A stretch of 41,294 bases of DNA from Lentihominibacter sp. (GTDB lineage Bacteria > Bacillota > Clostridia > Peptostreptococcales > Anaerovoracaceae), in assembly GCA_051882895.1 (NCBI GenBank), contig JBJESR010000172.1, positions 1 to 41,294 of the forward strand. Direction: 5' to 3'. The translations under genes were made by a program, and so were the position numbers. The notes beneath the pieces were generated by a model, which was not told the DNA's origin, ran no database searches, and saw only the letters and a program-made list of their open reading frames with translations. Every line of letters starts with the position of its first letter. The first letter of the stretch is position 1. Positions 20,141 through 29,647 of the stretch are shown in pieces.

Positions 20141-21077
20141 CGGAATGGGCAAAGACCTTTATGACGCTTACCCTGAAGCTGCCGGCGTATTCGATATGGC
20201 CGGGCAGCAGATAAAGGACTGGTGCTTTGATGGAGATGAGGAAACACTTAAACAGACTCATGTGACACAGCCTACTATATATACTACAACAATGGCGGCA
20301 TATGAGGCCTTCATGGCGGAGCTGGATAAGCAGGACCTTGCGGACAAAATTGAAGTTACAGCTTTCGCGGGCTTCAGTCTGGGAGAATACTCAGCGCTGA
20401 CAGCAGCAGGAGCCATTGACGATATAGCCAAAGGCATAGACATTGTTACCAGAAGAGGAATGCTTATGCAGCAGGCAGGTCTTGATGAAGAAGGAAATGC
20501 CAGAGGCGGTATGGCAGCAGGTCTGGGAGAAAGAGACGCGATCCTTGAAGCTGTAGAGGAGGCCAGGGAAGACGGCATACTGGAAGGAGTGAATTTCAAT
20601 TCACCTAAACAGACAGTAGTTGCAGGTGACAAGGCTGCCCTTAAACGATTCAGACGTGCAGCTAAAGCCAGAGGCATCAAAGCAATACCACTGGGAGTAA
20701 GCACTGCTTTTCACAGCCCTATGATGGTGCCTGCAGCAGAGAAACTGAGAGATGTACTGGCCGCTGCAGACCTGAAGGCTCCGCAGAAAAAGGTATATGC
20801 TGATGTGACAGCAGATGATATGATGAAAGATTTTGACGGGAACGATGCAGGTGCATATCTGACGGACATGCTGGCAAAACAGGCAATGAGTCCGGTTTAC
20901 TGGGAAGAAATCATCAGAAAATTCGAAGCGGATGGCGTAGAGGCGATGATTGAAGTAGGACCGGGTAAAACCCTGACGGGGCTGACGAAGAAAACATGCC
21001 CTGAAATAGCTGCATATAATGTTGAAAACGTTGAAACCCTTATGGCAGCAGTCGATGCTCTCAGGGAAATGGTATAG
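20097..21077 (+). CDS. fabD: Malonyl-CoA:ACP transacylase
   Basis: FAGQGAQ, GFSLGEY, AFHS and EVGPGK. Start moved to ATG 20097, giving a 44-nt overlap with fabK. Confidence 0.95.
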   Translation: MKIGIVFAGQGAQYSGMGKDLYDAYPEAAGVFDMAGQQIKDWCFDGDEETLKQTHVTQPTIYTTTMAAYEAFMAELDKQDLADKIEVTAFAGFSLGEYSALTAAGAIDDIAKGIDIVTRRGMLMQQAGLDEEGNARGGMAAGLGERDAILEAVEEAREDGILEGVNFNSPKQTVVAGDKAALKRFRRAAKARGIKAIPLGVSTAFHSPMMVPAAEKLRDVLAAADLKAPQKKVYADVTADDMMKDFDGNDAGAYLTDMLAKQAMSPVYWEEIIRKFEADGVEAMIEVGPGKTLTGLTKKTCPEIAAYNVENVETLMAAVDALREMV

Positions 21078-21097
21078 AAATATGAAAGGAAAGAACT

Positions 21098-21838
21098 ATG
21101 CTAAAAGATAGAACAGCAGTAATAACAGGAGGTGTCAGAGGAATCGGCAAAGCCATTGCCAGAACTTTCTGCGATAATGGAGCCAATGTGATACTCTGTT
21201 ACAGAAGCAATGATGAAGAAGCAGAGAAAACCGCTGCAGAACTGTCTGCTCTGGGAACTGCAGTAAAATTGATCAAAGGTGATGTGGCGGATCCTGAGAC
21301 CGCAAAAAAGGTGGCAGCTGAAGCAAAAGCTGAATTCGGCCGTGTTGATATTCTGGTGAACAATGCAGGAATAACAAATGACAAGCTGATGATGAGAATG
21401 ACACCTGCAGACTTTACCAAAGTAATTGATGCCAACCTGAACGGAGCCTTTTACATGATGAAAGAAATCTCTGCACTTATGGTTAAACAGAGAAGCGGAG
21501 CCATAATCAATATGGCCTCAGTATCAGGGCTTAAAGGAAACCCTGCTCAGGTAAACTACAGTGCTTCAAAAGCAGGCATAGTGGGAATGACTCTTTCTGC
21601 GGCAAAGGAGCTGGGAAGACGCGGCATCAGAGTCAATGCCATAGCTCCCGGATTTGTAGAAACAGATATGACGTCTGTTCTTACAGAAGAACAGAAAAAA
21701 TCAGCAGCTCAGAATATTACTCTGGGCAGAATGGGACAGCCTGAAGATATTGCAAACGCTGCACTTTTCCTGGCATCGGATATGAGCTCATATATTACAG
21801 GACAGGTAATCGGTGTGGACGGCGGAATTATAATGTAA
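21098..21838 (+). CDS. fabG: 3-oxoacyl-ACP reductase
   Basis: TGGVRGIG, NNAG and YSASK SDR motifs. Confidence 0.96.
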   Translation: MLKDRTAVITGGVRGIGKAIARTFCDNGANVILCYRSNDEEAEKTAAELSALGTAVKLIKGDVADPETAKKVAAEAKAEFGRVDILVNNAGITNDKLMMRMTPADFTKVIDANLNGAFYMMKEISALMVKQRSGAIINMASVSGLKGNPAQVNYSASKAGIVGMTLSAAKELGRRGIRVNAIAPGFVETDMTSVLTEEQKKSAAQNITLGRMGQPEDIANAALFLASDMSSYITGQVIGVDGGIIM

Positions 21839-21864
21839 CGATGTTGCGTGAACGAGAGAGGTGA

Positions 21865-23103
21865 ATGGATATGGAAAAAAGAGTTGTGATAACAGGACTG
21901 GGAGTTGTATCCCCTGTAGGAAATAATGTTGATGAAATGTGGGATTCAATCCGAAACGGCAGACATGGTATTGCCCAGATTACTTCATTTGATCTTGAAG
22001 GACATAAGGTGACCATGGGTGCGGAAGTCAAGAATTACGATTACGGAGATAAAAAGGCTGCCAGAAGGCTTGACCTGGCAGATCAGTTTGCTCTGACAGC
22101 TGCCAGAGAAGCAATGGAGGACAGCGGCATATCAAGCGGAGAGAATGTTGACCCTGACCGATTCAGTGTATATGGCGGTACAGGAATAGGAGGCATGAGA
22201 ACTCTGGAAAGCGAAGTGACCAAATGCGTCAGAAAAGATAAGCTGGCAAGAGCATCCGCGCTTCTGATACCTATGGTTATGCCTAATGCTGTTTCAGGAA
22301 ATATCTCTATGGAATTCAATGCAAAGGGTGCCAGCATGGGAATAGTGTCGGCTTGCGCTACAGGAACACATTGCGTTGGAGAAGCCTTCAGAAATATCAA
22401 GCATGGTTACAGTGATGTTGTTCTGGCAGGCTCAACAGAATCTGTATTTTCACCTGTATGTTTCTCGGGATTTTCCAATATGACAGCTATGTCCACAAAG
22501 ACAGATCCCGACAGATGCTCAATCCCGTTTGACGTGGAAAGAGACGGATTTATTCTGGGTGAAGGTGCTGCTTTTCTGGTTCTCGAGGAGCTGGAACATG
22601 CACTGAACAGAGGCGCGAAGATTTATGGGGAGGTCATAGGCTATGGAGCAACTTCAGATGCATATCATATCACATCCCCGGCGCCGGACGGTGAGGGTGC
22701 AGCCAAGGCTATCAGACTTGCTATTCAGGAGGCCGGTATAACACCTGACGATATAGACTACATCAATGCACACGGTACAGGAACTCCTTATAATGATGCA
22801 TTTGAAACAATTGCAGTCAAGAAAGTCTTCGGAGAGAACACTAAAGTACCAATGAGTTCAACAAAGAGTATGACAGGACATCTTCTGGGAGCAGCAGGAA
22901 GCCTTGAGGCAGTTATCTGCACTAAGGCCATAAACGAAAGCTTTATTCCTCCGACTATCGGTCTTCAGAAACCTGATCCTGAGCTTGATCTGGACTATGT
23001 GCCTAACGTTGGACGTGATGCGGAGATAAAGTGTACGCTTTCCAATTCTCTGGGCTTCGGCGGTCACAATGCAACTCTTATTATCAGAAAATATGAAGAT
23101 TAA
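21865..23103 (+). CDS. fabF: Beta-ketoacyl-ACP synthase II
   Basis: SACATG, NAHGTGT, TKSMTGHLLGAAG and SNSLGFGGHN. Confidence 0.96.
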   Translation: MDMEKRVVITGLGVVSPVGNNVDEMWDSIRNGRHGIAQITSFDLEGHKVTMGAEVKNYDYGDKKAARRLDLADQFALTAAREAMEDSGISSGENVDPDRFSVYGGTGIGGMRTLESEVTKCVRKDKLARASALLIPMVMPNAVSGNISMEFNAKGASMGIVSACATGTHCVGEAFRNIKHGYSDVVLAGSTESVFSPVCFSGFSNMTAMSTKTDPDRCSIPFDVERDGFILGEGAAFLVLEELEHALNRGAKIYGEVIGYGATSDAYHITSPAPDGEGAAKAIRLAIQEAGITPDDIDYINAHGTGTPYNDAFETIAVKKVFGENTKVPMSSTKSMTGHLLGAAGSLEAVICTKAINESFIPPTIGLQKPDPELDLDYVPNVGRDAEIKCTLSNSLGFGGHNATLIIRKYED

Positions 23104-23123
23104 TTCGAAAGCAGGTAATACAA

Positions 23124-23549
23124 ATGTTAATGGATAAAGAACAGATCAAAGAAGTGATTCCTCACAGAGAGCCTTTTCTGCTTGTTGACGAAGTGCAGGA
23201 AATGGAAGTGGGTAAATCCATTGTCGCAACAAAGTATGTAAAAGAGGACGAGTACTATTTTCAGGGACATTTCCCGGGACAGCCTATTATGCCGGGAGTC
23301 CTGATCGTTGAATCCCTGGCACAGGCCGGTGCAGTCGCACTTCTTTCAATGCCTGAAAACAGGGGAAAACTTGCAGTATTCGGAGCAATCAAAAACGCCA
23401 GATTCAAGAAGCAGGTGACTCCGGGAGACGTGCTTACTCTCAGGGTGACTCTGGACAGGCTCAGAAAGAGTACAGGCACCGGCATCGCAGAGGCATATGT
23501 CGGAGACGAGCTGGCATGTAAATGCGAGATAATGTTTGCTTTCAGTTAG
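23124..23549 (+). CDS. fabZ: 3-hydroxyacyl-ACP dehydratase
   Basis: IPHREPFLLVD and FQGHFPGQPIMPGVLIVESLAQ. Confidence 0.96.
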   Translation: MLMDKEQIKEVIPHREPFLLVDEVQEMEVGKSIVATKYVKEDEYYFQGHFPGQPIMPGVLIVESLAQAGAVALLSMPENRGKLAVFGAIKNARFKKQVTPGDVLTLRVTLDRLRKSTGTGIAEAYVGDELACKCEIMFAFS

Positions 23550-23558
23550 GAGACAGAC

Positions 23559-25037
23559 GTGGATAAAGAAGTCAGAAAGATCAATGACATCCTGGTGAAT
23601 CTTTTTAATCTTGTGCTTAAGCTGGAAGAGGATGCGATCCGCAAAGACTCCTCACACAATAATGTATCCATTAAAGAAGTCCATACGCTGGTGGCAATCG
23701 GGACCGGACGTCCCAAGACAATGACTCACGTGGCAAATATACTGGGCATAAATGTGAGCACACTTACTATAGCCATCAACAGGCTGGTGAAAAAGGGATA
23801 TGTAAAAAGACTTCGCGATGAAAAGGACAGAAGAATCGTGAAGGTAGGACTGACTGAGGATGGCATTTCCGCAGTCAGGGCTCATGAAGAGTTTCATACA
23901 AGCATGATAAGTGAAGCTGTTGCGGGGATGCCCACTGATGAATTAAAACAGTTTGTATCGTCGATAGACAATATACAGCAGTTTCTCATGATGAGAAGTG
24001 CCACCTACCACAATGGGGCTGAATCGTTTTCTATGGCGCCGATTAAACTTGGAAATCATGAACTGCCTGTACCTCTGGTACAGGCAGGAATGAGCATGGG
24101 AATAGCAGCATCAGGGCTTGCTTCAGCCGTTGCCATCGAAGGCGGCCTCGGTCTTATAGGTGCTCTTGAAATAGGGCAGGGAAGACCGGGATACGAAGAA
24201 AACCGGCTTGAGACCAATCTGAAGACGGTAAAAGAAGAGGTGTCCAGAGCCATACAGCTGACAGAGGAAGCAGGAGGCAAAGGTCTTATCGGAATATCTA
24301 TCATGTGGAACAGACCTCATGTGGATAAATATATTGAGACAGCAGTGAAAGCCGGCGCACAGGTGATTGTCACTGGAGGCGCTATTCCGAAAGATCTGCC
24401 GAAATACTGCAATGACAGGAATGTAGCTCTTGTTCCTACGGTTTCATCTAAGCGTGCGGTGTCTGCTATAATGAGAACGTGGACTCAGAAATACAACAGA
24501 ACGCCGGATGCTTTCATTTTTCAGGGACCTCAGGCAGCAGGGCTGCTGGGATTCAGAATGGGGCAGCTTGACAGAGCACGGGAGGAGCAGTACAGAACAA
24601 TGGCTGCTGTCAGAGCGGAGCTTTCGAAGCTTGAGAACTGCCCGCTTATTTTCGGAGGAGGCATATACAGCCGTGAAGATGCTGTCAGAGCATATCAGTA
24701 TGGCGCTGATGGTTATCTTCTGGGAACGAGATTCGTGACAACCCGTGAGTGCGATGCACCGGAAGAATTCAGGAAGCTGTATTTGAACTGCAGTGAAAAT
24801 GATGTTACAATAATCAGGAGCCCTATGAAAACATCAGTGAGAGTACTCAATACACCATTTGCCGGCAGACTTGATAAAGAAGGTGCTGAAGATTATGACA
24901 TTGTTGAGGCGGCTGTCAGAGGAGTACAGGGTGATCTTGAGAACGGTCTGGTGTTCTGCAGCGAAACAGCAGGCAGAACTGACAGACTTGAGACAGTCAG
25001 AGATGTTTTCAGGGAGTTTACAACTCTGAAGAAATGA
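23559..25037 (+). CDS. Fusion of a MarR/FabT-like repressor and a degenerate nitronate-monooxygenase (FabK/FabX-like) domain
   Basis: aa 1-~146 is a MarR wHTH (EVHTL...STLTIAINRLVKKGYVKR...DRR). aa ~159-492 is an NMO-like barrel (PLVQAGM, GGLGLI, GGGI, GTRF, GLVFC). One uninterrupted frame. Confidence 0.85.
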   Translation: MDKEVRKINDILVNLFNLVLKLEEDAIRKDSSHNNVSIKEVHTLVAIGTGRPKTMTHVANILGINVSTLTIAINRLVKKGYVKRLRDEKDRRIVKVGLTEDGISAVRAHEEFHTSMISEAVAGMPTDELKQFVSSIDNIQQFLMMRSATYHNGAESFSMAPIKLGNHELPVPLVQAGMSMGIAASGLASAVAIEGGLGLIGALEIGQGRPGYEENRLETNLKTVKEEVSRAIQLTEEAGGKGLIGISIMWNRPHVDKYIETAVKAGAQVIVTGGAIPKDLPKYCNDRNVALVPTVSSKRAVSAIMRTWTQKYNRTPDAFIFQGPQAAGLLGFRMGQLDRAREEQYRTMAAVRAELSKLENCPLIFGGGIYSREDAVRAYQYGADGYLLGTRFVTTRECDAPEEFRKLYLNCSENDVTIIRSPMKTSVRVLNTPFAGRLDKEGAEDYDIVEAAVRGVQGDLENGLVFCSETAGRTDRLETVRDVFREFTTLKK

Positions 25038-25046
25038 GGATGACTG

Positions 25047-28000
25047 ATGCTCAACATCTACTACGGAAGTGAGACCGCAGATAAATTAAAATTCATATTT
25101 GAACATATTAAAGGCAGAACCTTGCTGCTTGTACCGGATCAGTTTTCCCTGCAGGCAGAGAAGGATGCCTTTTTTTATCTTGGAGAGAAGAGCCTGATGG
25201 ATCTGATTGTAGTTGATTTCTCATCTCTGGGAAACAAAGCAGTTACAGAGGCAGGAGGCAGGAAACCTGCAATGATAGATAAATATGGCAGGCATATTCT
25301 TCTGACAAGGATAATAGATGAAATCGAAGACGAGTTTAAGGTCTTCAGAGGTTTCAGCTGGAAAAACTCGTTTGCTGACATGATGAACAGCATGATTTCC
25401 GAAATGAAGAGATATGATATTACGCCTGAAGATATTGCTGAAGCAGAAGCCGGGCTTGATGAAGGAAGCTATCTTAAATACAAACTGCATGACATAGAAA
25501 AAATATTCACGTCATATCAGAAACGGATTGAAGGGAAATACCTTGATTCAGAAGACTATATTACATTTTACGGAGAAAAGATAACAGAATCGAGACTGGT
25601 TAATGGTGCCGAAGTCTGGATATATGGATTTGATACCTTTACACCTAAAAACCTTCAGGTGATAGAAAAACTTATTAGCACTGCTGACGCTGTGAATATA
25701 GTAATGACATACGAACCTTCAGGCAGCACTGAGAACCGTTTTTCGGATGCCCGTTTTCTGGCTGCCGAGGATGATGAGGATCTGTTCGGGCTTACAGGGT
25801 ATGTGATTTCAAAGCTTGTTCAGATTGCCGAAAACCTTGGTGAAAAGGTGAAGCTTCAGGCTATCGACGGAGAACTGAAAACAAGTGTATGGAACATGGC
25901 TGATGCAGAAGGTCCGGTTACCCTTGCTGCCGTATCTGACATATACGCAGAAGCAGAACGTGCCGCGGCATATATTATGGATCTTGTCCGGGATGAGGGA
26001 TTCCATTTCGGCGATATTGTCGTGGTGTGCAATGACTATGAACTCAGAGGCAATATTCTCAGGAGAACCTTCATAAGATGGGGAATTCCTGTATTCATGG
26101 ACAGGAAAAGGAAGGTTATGCATCATCCTGCTGTCGCTTTCCTTCTGGCTCTGATGGAAGTTGTTTCGGCAGGATACAAGGATGATGCTGTCATGAGACT
26201 GATAAAATCAGGTCTTATGGATATGACCGTGGATGAAGCCGAGCTTCTGGAAAACTATGTGCGACAGTTCCGTATCAGGGCATCGATGTGGAAAAAGGAC
26301 TTCACAAGGTGCGGCAGAAACTATACGACTGAAGATCTTAATGTGCTTAATGACCTGAGAAAAAGAGTGGTTTCAGTGATAGAGACCGCCAGACATGAAG
26401 TGGGATCAAGGAACAAGGCAGCAGATAAGATCAGAGGACTTTACAGGTTTTTAGATGAGGATTTTTTTATCAGGGATCGCCTTGATAAGATTATAGAAAA
26501 GCAGAACGGTGCCGGTCTTGCTGAAGGGGCCGCGGAGACGGCTCAGAGCTGGAATGTGATATGCAGTATTTTTGATCAGATTGTGGAAACCCTTGGCGAT
26601 GAAAGACTTTCCAATGAAGGTCTGCTTAAGCTTATGACTGCCGGTTTTGAGGAAATGGAGATCGGGCTTGTGCCGACTTCCTCTGACTGCGTGATCATCG
26701 GAACCCTTCAGAGGACAAGACTCAGCAGAATCAGAGCTCTGGTGGTAACGGGAGCGAACGAAGGCATTCTGCCTGTAGTGATGAAAGATGAGGGGCTTCT
26801 CAGCAGCAGAGAAAAGGCCGCGCTGGAGAGCATGGATCTTGAATTTTCAAAAAAGGACGACGTGGCAAGGCAGGAAGAAAAGCTTGCAATATACAGAATG
26901 CTGTCACTTCCGAAGGAAAAGCTGTATATGAGCTGCAGCAGGACAGATGAGAAAGGAGAAGAACTCAGACCGTCCCATGTGTTCACTTTGCTCAGGGAAT
27001 ATGAAAATTCTCATGGCAGAAGCAGAGTGCTGGGAGATCTGGGCAGCGGAGGAGAAGTAACCGAGCTGGCAGTTTCTGCAGCAGGAACGATATCGTATGT
27101 TGCAGAGGCACTTCGAGATAATTACTCTGATGGGTACATTGATGAAATGTGGCTGCCGGTGCTGAAGTGGTATCAGTGTAACGATGCTGTTCCCCTTGAA
27201 CGGGTGAGAGCCGGTGTGATGTTTGACAATCAGATGGATATGCTTGGCAGAGAATTTGCGGACAGGCTCTACTGTCCGGATAATGATACACTGGAAGTCA
27301 GTGCATCAAGGCTTGAAGAGTACAGCAGATGCCCCTTTGCCCATTTCGTAAAATACGGCCTCAGAGCAGAGGACCCGGCTACGTATGGCATGGGGGCAGG
27401 CGAGATTGGCGATGTATACCATGAATGTCTGATGCGGCTTTCACGAAAGCTTACGCAGGCTGCCGGGCAGGGCATCGCAGTAACAGCTCCGGATTCCCCA
27501 TGGATGACCATAACACGTCAGGAGTGCTGTGCACAGGTAAGGTATATACTGAATGAGGAAATGAAAGATTATAAAGAAGGGGTTATGACTGCAGGTCCGG
27601 AAGAAATATACCGTTCATCCAGGATTTCCGAAATATGTGAAAACATAGCCTGGATGATGATAGAACAGGTGCGAAAGGGCCATATCAGACAGATGAGATT
27701 CGAACAGCCTTTCGGCAGAGGATGCAAGCTTCCTCCCGTAAGGGTGGATGTAGGCGGCAGAGATGTTCTGATACGGGGGAAAATAGACAGGATGGATATC
27801 ATGGAAGCATCGGATGCTGTCAGAGTTGTAGATTATAAAACAGGTGCGGATTCAGTAAATATTGATTATATAAGGAGCGGTTACAAGCTGCAGCTTATGA
27901 TATATCTCAAAGCTGCAATGAAGGAACCGGCAGGTGTGTTTTATTTCAAAATAAGAGATGTTGATACAGATGCTGATGCCAGAAAGGTCGGAGAAGGTAA

Positions 28001-28391
28001 GGAAGCTTTCGCAGAACGTATGGCGGATGCATATAAACTTGAGGGAATCGTTGTGAATGATATGGATATGATAGAGGATATGGACAGTGAATTCAGCAGC
28101 TCATCACAGGTGATTCCGGTAAAGCTCAGCAGGAAGGACAATGCATATGCAGCTTCATCAGGAGGATATCTGTTTACTCCTGATGAGTTCAGTGAACTCT
28201 GTCATCAGGTGGATGAACAGGTAAAGCGCATATGCTGTGAAATCTGCGATGGCAGTATCGACATTGCACCTAAAATAGAAAAGGAAAAGGACATGGACGG
28301 CAGGCAGAGGACTTCGTGCAGATTCTGTGACTACAGGAGTGTATGCATGTTTGATACTACTTTTGCGGGATGCAGATATCACGATGCATGA
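25047..28391 (+). CDS. addB: AddB-like helicase/nuclease subunit (PD-(D/E)XK nuclease with Fe-S staple)
   Basis: VPDQFS, SASRLEEYSRCPF, RGKIDRMD, VDYKTG, LQLMIY and CRFCDYRSVC. Confidence 0.9.
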   Translation: MLNIYYGSETADKLKFIFEHIKGRTLLLVPDQFSLQAEKDAFFYLGEKSLMDLIVVDFSSLGNKAVTEAGGRKPAMIDKYGRHILLTRIIDEIEDEFKVFRGFSWKNSFADMMNSMISEMKRYDITPEDIAEAEAGLDEGSYLKYKLHDIEKIFTSYQKRIEGKYLDSEDYITFYGEKITESRLVNGAEVWIYGFDTFTPKNLQVIEKLISTADAVNIVMTYEPSGSTENRFSDARFLAAEDDEDLFGLTGYVISKLVQIAENLGEKVKLQAIDGELKTSVWNMADAEGPVTLAAVSDIYAEAERAAAYIMDLVRDEGFHFGDIVVVCNDYELRGNILRRTFIRWGIPVFMDRKRKVMHHPAVAFLLALMEVVSAGYKDDAVMRLIKSGLMDMTVDEAELLENYVRQFRIRASMWKKDFTRCGRNYTTEDLNVLNDLRKRVVSVIETARHEVGSRNKAADKIRGLYRFLDEDFFIRDRLDKIIEKQNGAGLAEGAAETAQSWNVICSIFDQIVETLGDERLSNEGLLKLMTAGFEEMEIGLVPTSSDCVIIGTLQRTRLSRIRALVVTGANEGILPVVMKDEGLLSSREKAALESMDLEFSKKDDVARQEEKLAIYRMLSLPKEKLYMSCSRTDEKGEELRPSHVFTLLREYENSHGRSRVLGDLGSGGEVTELAVSAAGTISYVAEALRDNYSDGYIDEMWLPVLKWYQCNDAVPLERVRAGVMFDNQMDMLGREFADRLYCPDNDTLEVSASRLEEYSRCPFAHFVKYGLRAEDPATYGMGAGEIGDVYHECLMRLSRKLTQAAGQGIAVTAPDSPWMTITRQECCAQVRYILNEEMKDYKEGVMTAGPEEIYRSSRISEICENIAWMMIEQVRKGHIRQMRFEQPFGRGCKLPPVRVDVGGRDVLIRGKIDRMDIMEASDAVRVVDYKTGADSVNIDYIRSGYKLQLMIYLKAAMKEPAGVFYFKIRDVDTDADARKVGEGKEAFAERMADAYKLEGIVVNDMDMIEDMDSEFSSSSQVIPVKLSRKDNAYAASSGGYLFTPDEFSELCHQVDEQVKRICCEICDGSIDIAPKIEKEKDMDGRQRTSCRFCDYRSVCMFDTTFAGCRYHDA

Positions 28392-28467
28392 TTATAATGC
28401 AAGGATGTTTACAGAGGCTGGCGAGGCGGTTCATGCAAAATTTCGAAAAAGACTGTGATTTGTATGC

Positions 28468-28496
28468 TTGACGCGGGATTTGATACATAGTAAAAT
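28468..28496 (+). promoter_or_regulatory. Promoter of the tRNA pair
   Basis: TTGACG-N17-TAAAAT, 11 nt before tRNA-Thr. Confidence 0.75.
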
Positions 28497-28507
28497 ACAT
28501 CTATCGA

Positions 28508-28583
28508 GCCACTGTAGCTCATCTGGCAGAGCAGCGCATTCGTAACGCGCAGGTGGCCGGTTCGATCCCGGCCAGTGGCTCCA
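28508..28583 (+). tRNA. tRNA-Thr(CGT)
   Basis: 76-nt cloverleaf GCCACTG/CAGTGGC, anticodon loop TT-CGT-AA, GGTTCGAT T-loop, encoded CCA. Confidence 0.96.
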
Positions 28584-28639
28584 TAGAATTTAATATGTGA
28601 TCAGAGCTCCAGCATTATTGCTGGGAAGCTCATCCTTAC

Positions 28640-28715
28640 GGGGGATTAGCGCAGCTGGGAGCGCGCATGACTGGCAGTCATGAGGTCACGGGTTCGAGCC
28701 CCGTATTCTCCACCA
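28640..28715 (+). tRNA. tRNA-Ala(GGC)
   Basis: 76-nt cloverleaf, CATGA-CT-GGC-AG-TCATG anticodon arm, G3:U70 Ala identity pair, encoded CCA. Confidence 0.96.
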
Positions 28716-28717
28716 GA

Positions 28718-28746
28718 AAAATGAGAGACCGCTGGTCTCTCATTTT
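28718..28746. terminator. Terminator after the tRNAs
   Basis: Perfect stem AAAATGAGAGACC/GGTCTCTCATTTT. Confidence 0.85.
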
Positions 28747-28775
28747 ACATAATGACGTGAAAGGCGGTACACAGG

Positions 28776-29315
28776 ATGATAATAATTTACAAGAGCAAGA
28801 CAGGCTTCACGAAAAAATACGCAGAGATGATTGCTGCAGAAACAGGAGCAGAAGTTCTGCCTGTTGAGAAAGCAGATATGAAAAGTCTGGCGACCCATGA
28901 TGTTGTCGTCTTTGGAGGAAGATGCTGCGGAGGAGTTGTGGACGGACTTGATGATTTCAGGAAACAGGCTGCAAAAAACGGTATCTGCAATCTGGTGATT
29001 TTCTGTACGGGAGCGACTCCTGCAGAGATGACAGATATGATAGAGGAGATGTGGGCAGGGAACCTTTCGGAGGAAGAACTGGGAAGAATTCCGCATTATT
29101 ATCTGGAAAGCGGCATATGCTACGAGAAAATGAATTTTGCTGACAAGATGATGATGAAGGCATTCCGTCATATGATGAAGAAAAAAACCGATAAGACCGA
29201 GTACGAGGAAGCACTGGCGAAAGCTATCGAGCAGTCTTATGACAATTCTTCCCCGGAAAATGCACGTCCCCTGATCGAAAAGCTGATGCAGTACCGGACA
29301 TCTGAAAACAGTTAA
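28776..29315 (+). CDS. Flavodoxin-like protein (HemG/Flavodoxin_5 type)
   Basis: IIYKSKTGFTKKYAEMIA FMN phosphate loop; DVVVFGG. Confidence 0.8.
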   Translation: MIIIYKSKTGFTKKYAEMIAAETGAEVLPVEKADMKSLATHDVVVFGGRCCGGVVDGLDDFRKQAAKNGICNLVIFCTGATPAEMTDMIEEMWAGNLSEEELGRIPHYYLESGICYEKMNFADKMMMKAFRHMMKKKTDKTEYEEALAKAIEQSYDNSSPENARPLIEKLMQYRTSENS

Positions 29316-29352
29316 TATATCAATTGAAATATCTGAAAGGAAGCAGCTGACA

Positions 29353-29610
29353 ATGCAGAAACTGTTCAGAATTGAAGGCAGCAGTATTATGGGAGATAAA
29401 GTGGAGGTCAGACTTCCCCTTGAAGCTGCCAGAAAAATAGTCAGAGTGACAGGGAAACTGCCTGTCCCTGAGAAGAATATTGGAAGGGCTGATATGAAGG
29501 AACTGATGGATGCCGTCGAGAAATGTCTTGAAAGCGATGTGGATGGTGATATGATCAGCATCAGAACAGCAGAAGGTATGAATCTGAGAATATATATCGA
29601 AGAACGCTGA
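29353..29610 (+). CDS. Small hypothetical protein
   Basis: 85 aa with an RBS-like AAAGGAAG; VRLPL...G..ISI...G..LRIYIE pattern. Confidence 0.6.
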   Translation: MQKLFRIEGSSIMGDKVEVRLPLEAARKIVRVTGKLPVPEKNIGRADMKELMDAVEKCLESDVDGDMISIRTAEGMNLRIYIEER

Positions 29611-29647
29611 CGGAACAGTCAGTGCCCTTTGGTGAACGGTACAAATT

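Noticed and set aside
28534-28550. A-C mismatch at the base of the tRNA-Thr anticodon stem as a sign of a pseudo-tRNA
   Set aside because: The rest of the cloverleaf, the CCA end and the promoter are intact; a single mismatch here is tolerated
28667-28867. 66-aa ORF in the track
   Set aside because: Overlaps tRNA-Ala and its terminator; spurious
28740-29561. 273-aa minus-strand ORF, and the many other antisense ORFs in the track
   Set aside because: Shadows of well-supported + strand genes, with no recognisable motifs
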